64,000 nucleotides of DNA from assembly GCF_009914755.1 (NCBI RefSeq), contig NC_060930.1. One strand, given 5' to 3'. Of this stretch, positions 1-17,285 are shown piece after piece. This stretch comes from the human T2T-CHM13v2.0 reference genome, Homo sapiens. The translations under genes and the position numbers were made by a program. Numbering within the stretch: position 1 is the stretch's first letter; each line of letters opens with the position of its first letter. A model generated the notes under the pieces. The model did not search any database. It was not told where the DNA came from and saw nothing but the letters and a program-made list of their open reading frames with translations.

Positions 1-312
<312 letters not shown>

Positions 313-1339
313 TAACTTTGACTGTTATAGACAGTATAACACGAATTTTAAAATATAAAATATTTTAAGGAGGAAGACTGCCCTGCCTTTCTCTAAGTTC
401 ACATCAATTTGGGTCCTGATACCAATAATAATGTTTTTGTTACATTTAACCCCAATTGGGATGAGGTTCTAAAGGACTTCCAGATCTGATCCTTTTCCTC
501 TCATTTTTATTTCTACCTGCCTAGAGCTACAAATCAAATTTAATAGCTCAGAAAGGGGAGTGTTGCATCCCATCTGTTAGAAGACCAATTATATTGTTTA
601 TTTGTTTCTCCCCACTTGGCCAAACAATATTCTTTTACAAAGTTGATTTTCTTTTTTTTTTCCTGTATCTGTTATATCTTTGGCTGCTTGGCCTCATGGC
701 TTATTAATACTTCTTGCCTTTTTGCACCTCAGCTTTACATGTTTTTGGTCATCCTCTGTGAGGGTGTTTATGCATTCTACCATCAGCTTTCTGTCAAGTA
801 TCTCATTACTGCTTTCTTAAGGACAATGGAGGTCCTCTCACCTGTTTATCTCTGTGGATGAGAACAACACTGTATCCTGGGTACAACCCTGGTGTTTAAA
901 CTCTTTATCAGGACATACCTCCCCCACAGAGTGTGTGTGTTATGGGGTAAAATGGAAGAGGAGGGAGACAAAAAAAGCAAGAGGGTTTCCTGCCTTCTTT
1001 TCTCCTGTTACCATTTTCATTTCACCCACTCAGTGTTATGCTTGTTCTACTCCAGGCCATGCTGAGAAGCATCTGCTGACCCTGACTCTCCCTGCTTCCC
1101 AGCCTGTTCCTTGAGAAGGGAACACCCTGTACAGATGCCTCAATACCTTTCTTCAAACTCTCCTTCTAGCAGGAAGGAAATTTACTTTACCTGCCCCTGT
1201 GATCAACCCCCAACCCCTATCCTATGCCCAAACATCCTGAGTGTTCTAAATCCTTGGGTTATTTCCTCAGTCTAAATAATTCATATTAAAAAGACAAAGA
1301 TTCAGAATTTTTAAGCCATACTTATCTGAATTTGTTACC

Positions 1340-1755
1340 TGTATTAGTTCATTCTTACATTGCTATAAATACCCGAGACTAGGTAATTTATAAAGAAAAG
1401 AGGTTTAATTGGCTCACCATTCTGCAGGCTGTACAAGAAACATAGCAGCTTCTGCTTGGCTTCTGTGGAGGCCTCAGAAAACTTACAATCATGGCAGAAG
1501 GTGAGTGGGGAAGCAGGCACATCTTACATGGCTGGAGCAGGAGGAAGAGAGACAGTGGGGTGGTGCTACACACTTTTAAACAACCATCTCTCTCAAGAAC
1601 TCTATCATGAGAACAGCACCAAGAGAATGGTGCTAAACCATTCAGGAAGGATCCACCTCAATGATCCAATCACGTCTCACCCGGCCCCACCTCCAATATT
1701 GGGGATAACAATTTGACATGAGATTTGGACAAGGACACAGATTTAAACCATCTCA
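1340..1755 (-). mobile_element. MaLR LTR (MSTA/MSTB-like)
   Basis: TG...CA ends and typical MST motifs GGTAATTTATAAAGAAAAGAGGTTTAATTGGCTCAC and ACAATCATGGCAGAAGG. Confidence 0.85.
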
Positions 1756-1855
1756 CTTCCTCTGCTTGAGTTGACCAGACAATAATTCATACCAGTGGTA
1801 TGATTCTATCAGGCTCTGTCTGATAGAATATGAGCCATTTACAATTCCTCTTCAA

Positions 1856-2151
1856 TTTCTTTCTTTCTTTCTTTTTTTTTTTTTTTTTTTGAGATGGAGT
1901 CTCGCTCTGTTGCCCAGGCTAGAGTGTAGTGGCGTAATCTCGGCTCACTGCACCTCCACCTCCTGGGTTCCAGTGATTCTCTTGCCTCAGCCTCCCGAGT
2001 AGCTGGGATACAGGCGCCCGCCACCAAGCCCAGCTAATTTTTGTATTTTTAGTAGAGACAGGGTTTCACCATCTTGGCCAGGCCGGTCTTGAACTCCCTG
2101 CCTCGGCCTCCCAAAGTGCTGGGATTACAGGCGTGAGCCACTGCGTCCTGC
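1856..2151 (-). mobile_element. Alu
   Basis: Alu consensus; TSD TTCCTCTTCA. Confidence 0.9.
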
Positions 2152-2779
2152 TTCCTCTTCAGTTTCAAGATTGTTTCTGGGAGCTCTGATGTCCCTGATT
2201 TTATAATATACTCAAGGACTTCCATAAAACATGCAATATGGTTTTATGGGAAGTGATTTGAATGCTGCTGTCCATTACCTAATGTGACATTATTTTAGGA
2301 GAAAATTCTTTCCAGTATTCCAAGTTTCCGGAGGAAGATTTTTCTGGGTGTGATTTTCTGGGGTCTCTGAGATTGTGCCTGGTTCAAGGTGCTGCATTCT
2401 CTTCCTGTTCACAGAGCCCATTTCAATTCAGAGTCCTCCCCACCAATCAGCCTGCCCAGTCTAAAAATCTGCCTCATAGTGACTCTAAAGAAAAAGGGAG
2501 AAATCAGAAGACAGCATAGCCAATGGTGAACTTCAACTGAACCTAGGCCTATGCAGGTTCTTGAGCTACAGCCCTCGCCCCTGACATGTTCTAATGTCCA
2601 GTCAAAAAAAGGATGGAAAGAACAATGATTACAAGAAATGTTCTATTATGTGTCCTGACTCAGAAATAAAATGAGAAGGGGTAATAGCTAAAATTGGCTT
2701 TAGACTGCTTGGTGAGTAGTTTTATCTAAAATATGAAAGTAAATGAGGGCTATATATATATAATTTAAATAATATATTG

Positions 2780-2920
2780 TATTTAATGTAATATATACAA
2801 AAAATTATATCAATATCTAAACAATACAGAAGTGATTAATGAGATATTTTACATTCTCATTTATTGGTAGTGAGTCTTCAAAAATTTGTGTGTATTTTAC
2901 ATGTATAGCACATCATTAGT
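2780..2920. mobile_element. MER33/MER3-like hAT-Charlie fragment
   Basis: Motif ATTAATGAGATATTTTACATT...GTGTATTTTACATGTATAGCACATC. Confidence 0.5.
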
Positions 2921-3530
2921 GGTTTTGCTAAAGATATAAAAAATAAATGTTATAAAATGTATGATAATTTATTCATTAAATTTATCTTTATTGTGTTACT
3001 CATCACATCACCTGTCTATCAACAAAACACCCTGATATGTGTAACAGTAATTGAATTCAGTCAAATTTGGTATTTTGCATACTTTCAGTCATATAAAAAC
3101 CATAGTGTTTACACATATTTTGCAATTTTGTTGCTATGATGGTGACATATAGATTATGGGTCTCTTTTTGTACTATTGCCCTAAGCCCCACAAATGTTAG
3201 GGGCAGGCCTGATTTCTTTCTTTCCACCCTACAACCAAGTACAATTGGATAAGAGACTCCAGGAGCCCTCATCCTCTTTCCTGACAGCACTTATCACCAT
3301 GCCTTCTTATTCCTGAATATTGTCTGACATAACCTATAATTATTTTCAACCTTTTCCCTTTTAATGAATAAATATTTAAACTAGTGTAGTTTCTTTTTTC
3401 AATCTATGGGTTCTTTCACTTATATCATCTATTTGATGTATAACGAATTCCACAAGGTAGGTAGTAGCACATAAGGAAAGAGGCTGAGAAAGTTCAAGTG
3501 ATGTGACTCACACTTAACAGTTAGTATCTC

Positions 3531-3845
<315 letters not shown>

Positions 3846-4579
3846 AATTAGTATCTCAGGGCTTCTCATTCTAAGTTCTTGCTCTTTCAAATGTATTTTG
3901 TTTCCTCATTTTGGGTGTGATTTAGACCAGAGGAAATGGGAGCCAGGAAGCCTTTTAAGTGGAGCAAAAGCATGAGCAAAGAAGTAGAAAATAGCAGTTC
4001 AGTTGGGCCGAAGCCCGTGGTCTGTGTTAAGGAAAGATAAAAAATGTGGGAAAGAACAGAGCTGTATTGATGAAGCCTTGGATGTCAAAGTTGGGATTTT
4101 GCATTTTATTCTGATGACTGAAGCAATATTTTTTAGAGAAAGTAATTGAAATAAAGAAGTTTTATTTTTTATTGATAAAAATGTCATCAATGTACTCGAG
4201 AGGAAGCTGGTATTCATCTGAGTAGGAGAAGGAGGACAGATCAGTAGTTGAACTTGCACTTGAGATGAGAAGCATCTGCCACCCACACCTTCCTATTGTT
4301 CTACCTTCCTAATCCTGACCAGCTGTTTCCTTAGTGTGTACAACTGGTTGTACGGGTGGCAGGGTTACAGAGGATAGATGGGTCAGTTCCAACTTGTACC
4401 ATTTTTTTGCCACATGCCCAAATGAGGATGAATTAGTCACATTTTTGCACACTAAGGACAAGGCATTTATTTTTTCAACTGATATATAGTATTTTTATAA
4501 ACTTCTGGCTTAAGAGGCAGACAAAAATTATATGTTTAGATTTTTTTAAAAAATTATCAACATGGCAGAGTAATCACTT

Positions 4580-5395
4580 TAAACCCTGTGTGAGATCATG
4601 CCATGTCTTTGCTTAAAACCCTGAAATGGCTATTTTACTCAGGGTGCAAGCATAAGTCCTTAAAACATCCTACAAGGCCCTACACAACTTGGTTCCTTAT
4701 TACCTTTCAAGTTTCGCTTCTATTTCTGTCTCTCTTGCTCACCCTTTGCCACACTGGAGTCTTTGCTGTGCCTCTGACACACTAGGCACATTGCTGTCTC
4801 AGGTTGTTTTAACTTGCTATTTCCTCTGTCTAAAACAAGCTTGTCTAACCCATGGTCCGTGGGCTGCATGTGGCCCAGGATGACTTTCAATGCAGCCCAA
4901 CACAAATTCATAAACTTTCTTAAAACATTATGAGATTTTTTTTGGTGACTTTTATTTTTAGCTCATCAGCTATCATTAGTGTTCGTGTATTTTCTGTGGC
5001 CCAAGACAGTTCTTCCAGTGTGGCCCAGGGAAACCAAAAGATTAGACACCCTTGGCCTAGGGCACTCTTCCACAGATACCAAAAGAGTTTACTTCCTCAC
5101 CTCCTCCTGGTTTTTGCCCAAATATCCTCTTCTCAGTGAGGGAGTCCTCTCTAATCACTCTTTAAATGGAATCCTCACCCCAGCATACCCTATCTCTTTC
5201 TGTTTCATTTTCCAACATACCATCTGACATTCTGTATCTTTTATTTATGTATTGTTTTCAGTACCTCTTCTGGTAGAAAATAAGCACCAAGGGAAGGTAT
5301 CTGAGCAGTTTTGTTCATGGTCATGTCTCTCAAGACCTTAGAACAGTGCCTGACACATACAGGTGCTTGATAAATAGTTGTCAAAATAAATGAGG
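4580..5395. mobile_element. L2 fragment interrupted by a MER30 (about 4837-5053)
   Basis: L2 3'-end motifs (AGAACAGTGCCTGACACA...ATAAATAGTTG). MER30 core GGGCTGCATGTGGCCCAGGATGACTTT...GTGGCCCAGGGAAACCAAAAGATTAGACACCC. Confidence 0.75.
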
Positions 5396-5651
5396 CCTTT
5401 TACTTCCTGATGGTTGGGCATAACATCTTTTTGAACATCTTAGTTTATTAAAGAAATTGCTAATCTTCTTATTCATTTCAGTGAATCTAGAGAAATTTCT
5501 TCATCCTCCTGATTATTTTGGGTTTCTGAATTAGATGTTTTATTTTTATTTTTTTTCCTGGGGTTGGCAATGTCACCAGGGTTTTAATTAGTGTGACTAA
5601 AGATGAGCTGTTTTCTTCTAGATCAGAGACTGGGGCATGTCAAAGCCTGGG

Positions 5652-6405
5652 TGTAGTGAATTTTTATAATTTTATGTTGCCTTGGCATCCATTTTGAGTA
5701 TAAGTTTAACTTCCTCATACTAGAATCAGGGGTTAGTCACCCTTGAAACAGTTTGCAGTTCTATACCATGCCCAAATGGCTCAAGCCAATGGCCAAAGCT
5801 AAGAACTTCTGGATGTCTCCCCCGCTAGCAGATTGTACTCCCTGCTTTCCCACTGCTTCCTTTAAACAGACCATATAGGCATTTGCCTGTGAACTTAGTA
5901 ACCTACAGCCTAGTCCGTTGTCTATCCTGCTAGTTGCCACACACACTCTTTCTCAATGCCTAACTCTTCATGTTCTCCTCTTGTGCCAGGGGATGGAAGA
6001 TTGCCCTCCAGATTCATTGCACCCTTCTTGCCCAGATTCTGAAAGTAAAAATCCTTGAACTTCCTATTTTGGTGGTGGTTTGAATTTGCTCCTTCCATTC
6101 TCAAGAACCAAACTGCAGGCTGGGTTTTCCCTGGGATGTCAGGACTAACACACAGTTGACCTCTCAGCCCCAGAATGATGGTTAGGTAGGCATACACTAA
6201 ACACAGGTCAGATAAGAGCCACAAGAGTGTCTTCCAGTATAAATAAGTTTTCCATGTGAGGAACCCCTTGTCATTGGTCAAACAACTAGACATTATGCTC
6301 TTTGCTAGGTGAAAGACCCACGTCCAACTCCCCCTCATTTATCTTAGCAGGGCTGCCAGTGGGGCAGGGTTGCTAGCCACTCTGCTACTGGAATCCTAGT
6401 TTATC
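5652..6405 (+). mobile_element. ERVL-class LTR plus adjoining internal 5' sequence (MER74/HERVL74-like)
   Basis: LTR-like start TGTAGTGAATTTTTATAATTTTATGTTGCC, followed by ERVL-leader-like GGTCAGATAAGAGCCACAAG. Family is from memory only. Confidence 0.5.
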
Positions 6406-7436
6406 TGTGGGATCCCAAGACAATGGGACCTTGTGAAATCTCTATCTGCTGGCTGGGATATGGATACTGTCTGTGATCAGATATATTATTACTCATTCTG
6501 TCTAGTCTGTCATTTTCACTCTGATTATATCTTACCTGTATGTATTTAATTTGTGCTGTTACAATATTGTTTTATGCTCACCAACCTCCTAACTTTGGAA
6601 AGGATTCAAAGCATGTATATTTTCTGTCTGTAGCCAGTTTTTATACTTGAAGGCAAAGGACCAGTTTTCTATGATGTTCAAAATGATAGTGTGTACAGAG
6701 GCTCAATAAATGTAGGTTGACTTGGTGCAGTGACTACTGTCTTTTAATGCCACAGAAATTATTGTCATAACACATGGGTATCAATCATACCAAGCTATAT
6801 AAGATCCATACAAGAAGAAATAAATTTTTTATGTCCTGAAAAATATCAAGAAATATGGAATCAGAAAATGGAAGGAAAGGAATAATTAAGAGTCATTTTA
6901 TATTATATGGCTTCAATGTTTATATCTAATTATTTAAGCATTGAAAACATTTCAGAATGCAGATTATCCTAATGTGTTTTGCTTTCATATATTTTATAAA
7001 AGTAATTGGTATAATATTCATGAAAACCATTTTAGTGATCTCTTCAAATCCATAGATTCTCCTTACACTTCAGTGCCAGAGAATTTTAGAAGTAGGACCA
7101 AGGTCTGTTGAAGAAAATACTAGTGACGTGGCCTTTATTATGTTGTCTCAGCAAGGTTGAAGATAACGGTTTCAGCCCTGATCTATAAAGATAAAGAGGC
7201 AATGTTTTCTAACACAAGATCTCACCTATTGGTAAGTCTTAAAGCCCCACCCTAACAGAGTATGAACCAGTTGTTACTGCTATCTCATTCATTTCCTCTC
7301 TGCCATGCTTCTTCCCGGTTTCTTGGTTATCTCAAGGCCTTTGGGAAACAAGACTGTTCTTCAGAAAATGTTTGAGGTCCTTGAATACAGAGACTATTTA
7401 CTAGAGATGATAATGACCCAAGTTTCTTATATTAAA

Positions 7437-7461
7437 AACAACAACAACAACAACAACAACA
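7437..7461. repeat. (AAC)n microsatellite
   Basis: Read directly. Confidence 0.9.
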
Positions 7462-8899
7462 ATTCTTTGAATTTCTGGGCACTGCTACAAAGAAAGAGTT
7501 GACATAAGTGTATATCTTTGTTTTAAAATATACTCTAAGTTCTAGGGTACATGTGCACAACATGCAGGATTGATACATAGGTACACATGTGCCATGTTGG
7601 TTTGCTGCACCCGTCAACTCATCATTTACAATACGTGTTTCTCTTAATGCTATCCCTCCCCCAACCCCCACTCCGTGACAGGCCCCAGTGTGTGATGTTC
7701 CCCGCCTTGTGTCCAAGTGATCTCATTGTTCAATTCCCACCTATGAGTGAGAACATGTGGTGTTTGGTTTTCTGTCCTTGTGATAGTTTGCTGAGAATGA
7801 TGGTGTCCAGCTTCGTCCATGTCCCTGCAAATGACATGAACTCATCCTTTTTTATGGCTGCATAGTATTCCATGGTGTATATGTGCCACATTTTCTTAAT
7901 CCAGTCTATCATTGATGGACATTTAGGTTGGTTCCAAGTCTTCGCTATTGTGAATAGTGACACAATAAACATACATGTGCATGTGTCTTTATAGTAGCAT
8001 GATTTATAATCCTTTGGGTATATACCCAGTAATGGGATGATGGCTGGGTCAAATGGTAATTCTAGTTCTAGATCCTTGAGGAATCTACACACTGCCTTCC
8101 ACAATGGTTGAACTAATTTACACTCCCACCAACAATGTGAAAGCTTTTCTATTTCTCCACATCCTCTCCAGCATCTGTTGTTTCCTGACTTTTTAATGAT
8201 TGCCATTCTAACTGGCATGAGATGGTATCTCATTGTGGTTTTGATTTGCATTTCTCTGATGACCAGTGATGATGAGCATTTTTTCATGTGTCTGTTGGCT
8301 GCATAAATGTCTTCTTTAGAGAAGTGTCTGTTCATATCCTTTGTCGACTTTTTGATGGGGTTGTTTGATTTTTTCTTGTAAATTTGTTTAAGTTCTTTGT
8401 AGATTCTGGTTATTAGCCCTTTGCGAGATGGGTAGATTGCAAAAATTTTCTCCCATTCTGTAGGTTGCATGTTCACGCTGATGGTAGTTTCTTTTGCCTT
8501 GCAGAAGCTCTTTAGTTTAATTAGACCCCATTTGTCTATTTTGGCTTTTGTTGCCATTGCTTTTGGTGTTTTACTCGTGAAGTCCTTGCCCATACTTATG
8601 TCCTGAATGGTATTGCCTAGGTTTTCTTCTAGGGTTTTTATGGATTTAGGTCTAACATTTAAGTCTCTAATCCATCTTGAATTAATTTTTGTATAAAGTA
8701 TGAGGAAGGGATCCAGTTTCAGCTTTCTACATATGGCTAGCCAGTTTTCCCAGCACCATATATTATATAGGGAACCCTTTCCCTATTTATTGTTTTTGTC
8801 AGGTTTGTCAAAGATCAGATGGTTGTAGATATGTGGTGTTATTTCTGAGGCCTCTGTTCTGTTCCGTTGGTCTATATATCTGTTTTGGTACCAGTACTA

Positions 8900-9178
<279 letters not shown>

Positions 9179-10126
9179 CTAATTTACTTTGTTGAGCAGT
9201 GGTTTGTAGTTCTCCTTGAAGAGTTCCTTCACATCCCTTGTAAGTAGGATTCCTAGGTATTTTATTCTCTTTGTAGCAATTGTGAATGGGAGTTCACTGA
9301 TGCTTTGGCTCTCTGTTTGTCTGTTAATGGTGTATAGGAGTGATTTTTGCACACTGATTTTGTATCCTGAGACTTATTGAAGTTGCTTATCAGCTTAAGG
9401 AGATTTGGGGCTGAGATGATGGGGTTTTCTAAATATACAATCATGTCATCTGCAAACAGGTACAATGTGACTTCCTCATTTCCTAATTGAATATCCTTTA
9501 TTTCTTTCTCTTGCCTGATTGCCTGGGCCAGAACTTCCAACACTGTGTTGAATAGTATTGGTGAGAGAGGGCATCCTTATCTTGTGCCAGTTTTCAAAGG
9601 GAATGCTTCCAGTTTTTGCCCATACAGTATGCTATTGGCTGTGGGTAAATAGCTCTTATTATTTTGAGATACGTTCCATCAATACCTAGTTTATTGAGAG
9701 TTTTTAGCAAGAAGTGCTGTTGAATTGTGTGGAAGCCCTTTTCTGCATCTATTGAGATAATCATGTGGTTTTTGTTGTTGGTTCTGTTTATGTGATGGAT
9801 TACATTTATTGATTTGCATATGTTGAACCAGCCTTGCATCCCAGGAATGAAGCCAAATTGATCATGGTGAATAAGCTTTTTGATGTGCTGCTGGATTCAG
9901 TTTGCCAGTATTTTATTGAGGATTTTCACTTCGATGTTCATCAGTGATACTGGTCTAAAATTCTTTTTTTTTTGTTGTGTGTCTACCAGGCTTTGGTATC
10001 AGGATGATGCTGGCCTCATAAAATAAGTTAGGGAGGATTCCTTGTTTTTCTATTGATTGGAATAGTTTCAGATGGAGCAGTACCAGCTCCTCTTTGTACC
10101 TCTGGTAGAATTTGGCTGTGAATTCA

Positions 10127-10264
<138 letters not shown>

Positions 10265-11119
10265 TTATTCTAGATTTTCTAGTTTATTTGCATAGAGGTG
10301 TTTACAGTATTATCTGATGGTAGTCTGTATTTCTGTGGGATCGGTGGTGATATTCCCCCTTTATCATTTTTTTATTGCATCTATTTGATTCTTCTCTATT
10401 TTCTTCTTTATTGGTCTTGATAGTGGTCTATCCATTTTGTTAATCTTTTCAAAAAAACAGCTCCTGGATTTGTTGAATTTTTGAAGTGTGTTTTTGTGTC
10501 TCTATCTCTTTCAGTTCTGCTCTCATCTTAGTTTTTATTTCTTGCCTTCTGCTAGCTTTTGAATGTGTTTGTTCTTGCTTCTCTAGTTCTTTTAATTGTG
10601 ATTTTACAGTGTCAATTTTAGATCTTTCCTGCTTTCTCTTGTGGGCATTTAGTGCTATAAATTTCCCCCTACACACTGCTTTAACTGTGTCCCAGAGATT
10701 CTGGTACATTTTATCTTTGTTCTCATTGGTTTCAAAGAACCTCTTTATTTCTGCCTTCATTTAGTTATGTACCCAGTAGTCATTCAGGAGCAAGTTGTTT
10801 AGTTTCCATGTAGTTGTGTGGTTTTGAGTGAGTTTCTTAATTCTGAGTTCTAATTTCATTGCACTGTGGTCTGAAAGACAGTTTGTTGTGATTTCTGTTC
10901 TTTTACATTTGCTGAGGAGTGCCTTACTTCCAATTATGTGGTCAGTTTTAGAATAAGTGCAATGTGGTGCTGATAAGATTGTATATTCTGTTTATTTCGG
11001 GTGGAGAGTTCTGTAGATGTCTATTAGGTCTGCTTGTTGCAGAGCTGAGTTCAGGTCCTGGATATCCTTGTTAACCTTCTGTCTTGTTGATCTGTCTAAT
11101 ATTGACAGTGGGGTGTTAA

Positions 11120-11450
<331 letters not shown>

Positions 11451-12164
11451 AAGTCTCCCATTCTTATTGTTTGGGAGTCTAAGTCTCTTTGTAGGTCACT
11501 AAGGACTTGCTTTATGAAGCTGGGTGCTCCTGTATTGGGTGCATATATATTTAGGATAGTTAGCTCTTCTTGTTGCATTGATGCCTTTACCGTTATGTAA
11601 TGGCCTTCTTTGTCTCTTTTGATCTTTTTTGGTTTAAAGTCTGTTTTATCAGAGACCAGGATTGCAACCCCTGCTTTTTTTACTTTCCATTTGCTTGGTA
11701 GATCTTCTTCCATCCCTTTACTTTGAGCCTATGTGCATCTCTGCACATGAGATGGGTCTCCTGAATACAGCACACTGATGGATCTTGCCTCTTTATCCAA
11801 TTTGCCAGTTTGTGTCTTTTAATTGGGGCATTTAGCTCATTTACATTTAAGGTTAATATTGTTATGTGTGAATTTGCCCCTGTCATTATGATGTTAGCTG
11901 GTGACTTTGCCCATCAATTAATGCAGTTTCTTCATAGCATCAATGGTGTTTACAATATGGCCTGTTTTTGCGATGGCTGGTACCGGTTGTTTCTTCCCAT
12001 GTTTAGTGCTTCCTTCAGGAGCTCTTGTGAGGTAGGCCTCGTGGTGACAAAATCTCTCAGCATTTGCTTGTCTGTAAAGGATTTTATTTCTCCTTCACTT
12101 ATGAAGCTTTGTTTGGCTGGATATGAAATTCTGGGTTGAAAATTCGTTTCTTTTAGAATATTAA

Positions 12165-12472
12165 GGCCAGGCGTGGTGGCTCACACCTGTAATCCCAGCA
12201 CTCTGGGAGGCTAAGGCGGGTGGATCACGAGTTCAGGAGATTGAGACCATCCTGGCTAACACAGCGAAACCCTGTCTCTACTAAAAATACAAAAAAAAAA
12301 AAAAATTGCCAGGCGTGGTGGCAGGTGCCTGTAGTTCCAGCTACTCAGGAGGCTGAGGAAGGAGAATGGTGTGAACCCAGGAGGCAGAGCTTTCAGTGAG
12401 CTGAGATCTCACCACTGCACTCCAGCCTGGGTGATAGGGCAAGACTCCATCTCAAAAAAAAAAAAAAAAAAA
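12165..12472 (+). mobile_element. AluY-like insertion in L1 ORF1
   Basis: Alu consensus with poly-A; degenerate TSD AGAATATTAA/AGAATGTTGA. Confidence 0.92.
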
Positions 12473-13256
12473 AGAATGTTGAATATTGGCTGTACTCTGT
12501 TCTGGTTTGTAGGATTTCTGCCGAGAGATCCGCTGTTAGTCTGATGGGCTTCCCTTTGTGGGTAACTCGACCTTTCTCTCTGGCTGCCCTTAACACTATC
12601 CTTCATTTCAACCTTGGTGAATCTGGCAATTATGTGTCTTGGGGTTGCTCTTCTTGAGGAGTATCTTTGTGGTGTTCTCTGTATTTCCTGAATTTGAATG
12701 TTGGCCTGCCTTGCTAGGTTGGGGAAGTTCTCCTGGATAATATCCTGAAGAGTGTTTTCCAACTTGATTCCATTCTCCCCATCACTCGCAGTTACAGTAA
12801 TCAAACGTAAATTTGGTCTTTTCACATAGTCCCATATTTCTTGGAGGATTTGTTCACTTCTTTTTACTCTTTTTTCTCTAACCTTGTCTTCTCGCTGTAT
12901 TTTATTAATTTGATCTTCAATCACTGATAGCCTTTCTTCCACTTGATCAAATCGGCTACTGAAGTTTATGCATGTGTCACGAAGTTCTCGTGCCATAGTT
13001 TTCAGCTCCATCAGGTCATTTATCGTCTTCTCTATGCTGTTGATTCTAGTTAGCCATTCGTCTAATCTTTTTTCAAGGGTTTTAGCTTCCTTGTGATGGG
13101 TTCAAGCATCCTCCTTTAGCTGGGGGAAGTTTGTTATTACCAACCTTCTGAAGCCTACTTCTGTCACCTCATCAAAGTCATTCTCCGTCCAGCTTTGTTC
13201 CGTTGCTGGCGAGGAGCTGCAATCCTTTGGAGGAGAAGAGGCACTCTGAGTTTTAG

Positions 13257-13729
<473 letters not shown>

Positions 13730-15262
13730 AGTTTTCCTTCTAACAGTCAGGTCCCTCAGCTGCAGTTCTGTTGGAGTTTGCTGGAGTTCCACTCCAGATG
13801 CTGTTTGCCTGGATATCACCAGCGGAGGCTGCAGAACAGCAAATATTGCTGCCAGCTCCTTCCTCTGGAAGCTTCGTCCAAGATGGGCAGCCACCTATAT
13901 GAGGTGTCTGTTGGCCCCTACTGGGAGGTGTCTCCCATTTAGGCTACATGGGGGTCAGGGACCCACTTGAGGAGGCAGTCTGTTCGTTCTCAGAGCTCAA
14001 ACACTGTGCTGGGAGAACCACTGCTCTCTTCAGAGCTGTCAGACAGGGACATTTAAGTCTGCAGAAGTTGTCTGCTGCCTTTAGTTCAGCTGTGCCCTGC
14101 CCTCAGAGGTGGAGGGAGTCTAGAGGCAATAGGCCTTGTTGAGCTGTGGTGGGCTCCGCCCAGTTCCAGCTTCCCGGCCACTTTGTTTACCTACTCAAGC
14201 CTCAGCAATGGCAGATGCCCCTCCCCCAGTCAGGCTGCCATCCTGCAGATTGATCTCAGACTGCTGCACTAGCAGTGAGCAAGGTTCTGTGGGTGTGGGA
14301 GCTGCCAAGCCAGGCATGTTAGAGAATCACCTTGTCTGCTGGTTGCTAAGACCTTGGGAAAAGCACAGTATTTGTGTGGGAATGTCCCGTTTTTCCAGGT
14401 AGTCTGTCACGGCTTCCCTTGGCTAGGAAAGGGAAATCCCCAAACCCCTTGTGCTTCCCGGGTGAGGGAATGCCCTGCCCTGCTTCAGCTCATCCTCCGT
14501 GGGCTGCACCCACTGTCCAACCAGTCCCAATTAGATGAACCAGCTACCTCAGTTGGAAATGCAGAAATCACCCATCTTCTGTGTTGATCACGCTGGGAGC
14601 TGCAGACCAGAGCTGTTCCTATTCGGCCATCTTGGAACGCCCCTCCTCCATAAGTGTATATCTTTTAGCTACTGAGCATCCATGAGTGAATTTTGACAGC
14701 TGAAGATACCTATAACAATCTTGCCAAGATTAGTGGTCTGAACATTTATGGTCTCATGGTGAGGCAGTCCTAGGTTCCCAGGCATAAATTATTTAAAAAT
14801 ATGAAGAACACTTCTGACTCATCTACCTGTTGAAACCTACTGTCATTTTCTTCAAAGACATAATATCATTCCCTTTTTCCAAATTTCATTAGGTACCCAC
14901 TGGGGTACTGAATAAAGTATATAACTTTATATTTACTATCCCAGCCTCATTGGAAGCCTCCCCTCCAGGCAAGATGGTCCACTCACTGTCTTCCAGATTT
15001 CAAGAGAGGCCTCAGGAATTCCCACTGCCATGCCTTTGCCAACAAACTTCTGCACTTGGCATGATCTATGCCCCTAGGCCGAGACAAATCCAGCATCTGT
15101 CAGGAATGCTCCCTTGGTACAGTCATGCTTCAATTCTGATCTTCTAGACATTTAATTTCTTGGAACATTCAAAATAATGAATTTGATACCAAGATCAAAT
15201 TCCAAAAAATTAAATGTCTAGAAGATCAGAAGTGAAGGAGTGAAATCTTGAGCAAGTGCAGT

Positions 15263-15572
<310 letters not shown>

Positions 15573-16880
15573 TAAATACCAATTTAGTCATCCATTGAAT
15601 TGTGACAAGAATGCCAAATTTGCAGAGCTGATGTGAATGTTAAACTTTGTAAACTCTAGAAAGTTATGGAAATATTAGGTGTATCATTATAATTCCTGTT
15701 CAATACCATGTATTATTTATATTACCTTATTTCTCCATCCATTATTCTAAAGTTTTTGAGAGTGCTGTATACTTCTTATAATTTGTTTCCCCAGTATGCT
15801 TGGCCAAGTGTCCTTTCTATTCTATATGAACAAAAATATTTGTCAATTGATGAACTAGATTTGAAACAGTGATGAAATGCTTTCAGATTATTTCATATTT
15901 GACATCTTATTCATTGGTTAGTAATATGTGAAGATAGGGCTTAATTATTTTTGTTGTTGTTAATTACAGATTTTAGGTAATTTAAAACATAACCATTGTT
16001 ACAAGAGCTATATATTCTGTATATTAATTTAAAAAAATGTACAGTTCTCTTTTTCATCTGTCTGCTGTAAAATCAATACTGAATTGGATCAAATGCCAGC
16101 TCGTATGCACTTTCAGCTTTGAAAGTTAGGACACAGCTTTGAGTCTCTCTGACCGCAGACCAACTTGTAATTTAACCTACCAGAGGCTGGGTGTGTATCA
16201 AAACACAGTGGCTTTACTCAGACCTTTTAAACAGCTACAAAAGTGAAAAAGCTGAGGATGGAGTGGAAAAAGAGAAAGGATACTTTGTTTTAGGGACCTG
16301 TTTTATTTATTTATTTTTTTGTATCCATTGATCACAGGACATCAGTGGCTGCTTCAGGGACTTGGGTTAGTAGTCTCCAGGGTTTACTTTACTCTGTATC
16401 TAGGGCAAACCTGACAGTCTGGAGTAGAGCAAGAAAAATATGTAATACAGTCAACTAGATTATTTAAAAAGCCACCTTTCTGTTATTCTTATGGGGTTGA
16501 GGAAATTGTTTCTCTATATGAGTATAAAATTTATCACCAATGTTCAAGGCTTTAAAGCAGAGTTGAAGGCAACCTGAGAATCACTCAGTATTCTTTCTTC
16601 CCTTACGTTTTATATCTGCTACGGAATTATTAGTGATGGCTCACTGTGCTTCCAGTGAGGGCAGAGGGTGTTGGGCTCCTCCTAAACAGGGAGAAAAAAG
16701 AACAACAAGGATATATATTTGTTTCATGCTGCCTACTGGTTTTGAATGTTTTAGGCTATTTAATTGGAAGAAGAAGGAATTGTTAAAGTTACTTTACAAC
16801 TCTACAATTGCTTGATTAACAAGGAGGAGAAAAACTATTGGATAAAACATACAGTTATTTAAATAAGGTTTAGCAATTCA

Positions 16881-17285
<405 letters not shown>

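Noticed and set aside
7730-8593. 287-aa ORF as a stand-alone gene
   Set aside because: It is the C-terminal part of L1 ORF2; the rest of ORF2 and ORF1 are disrupted.
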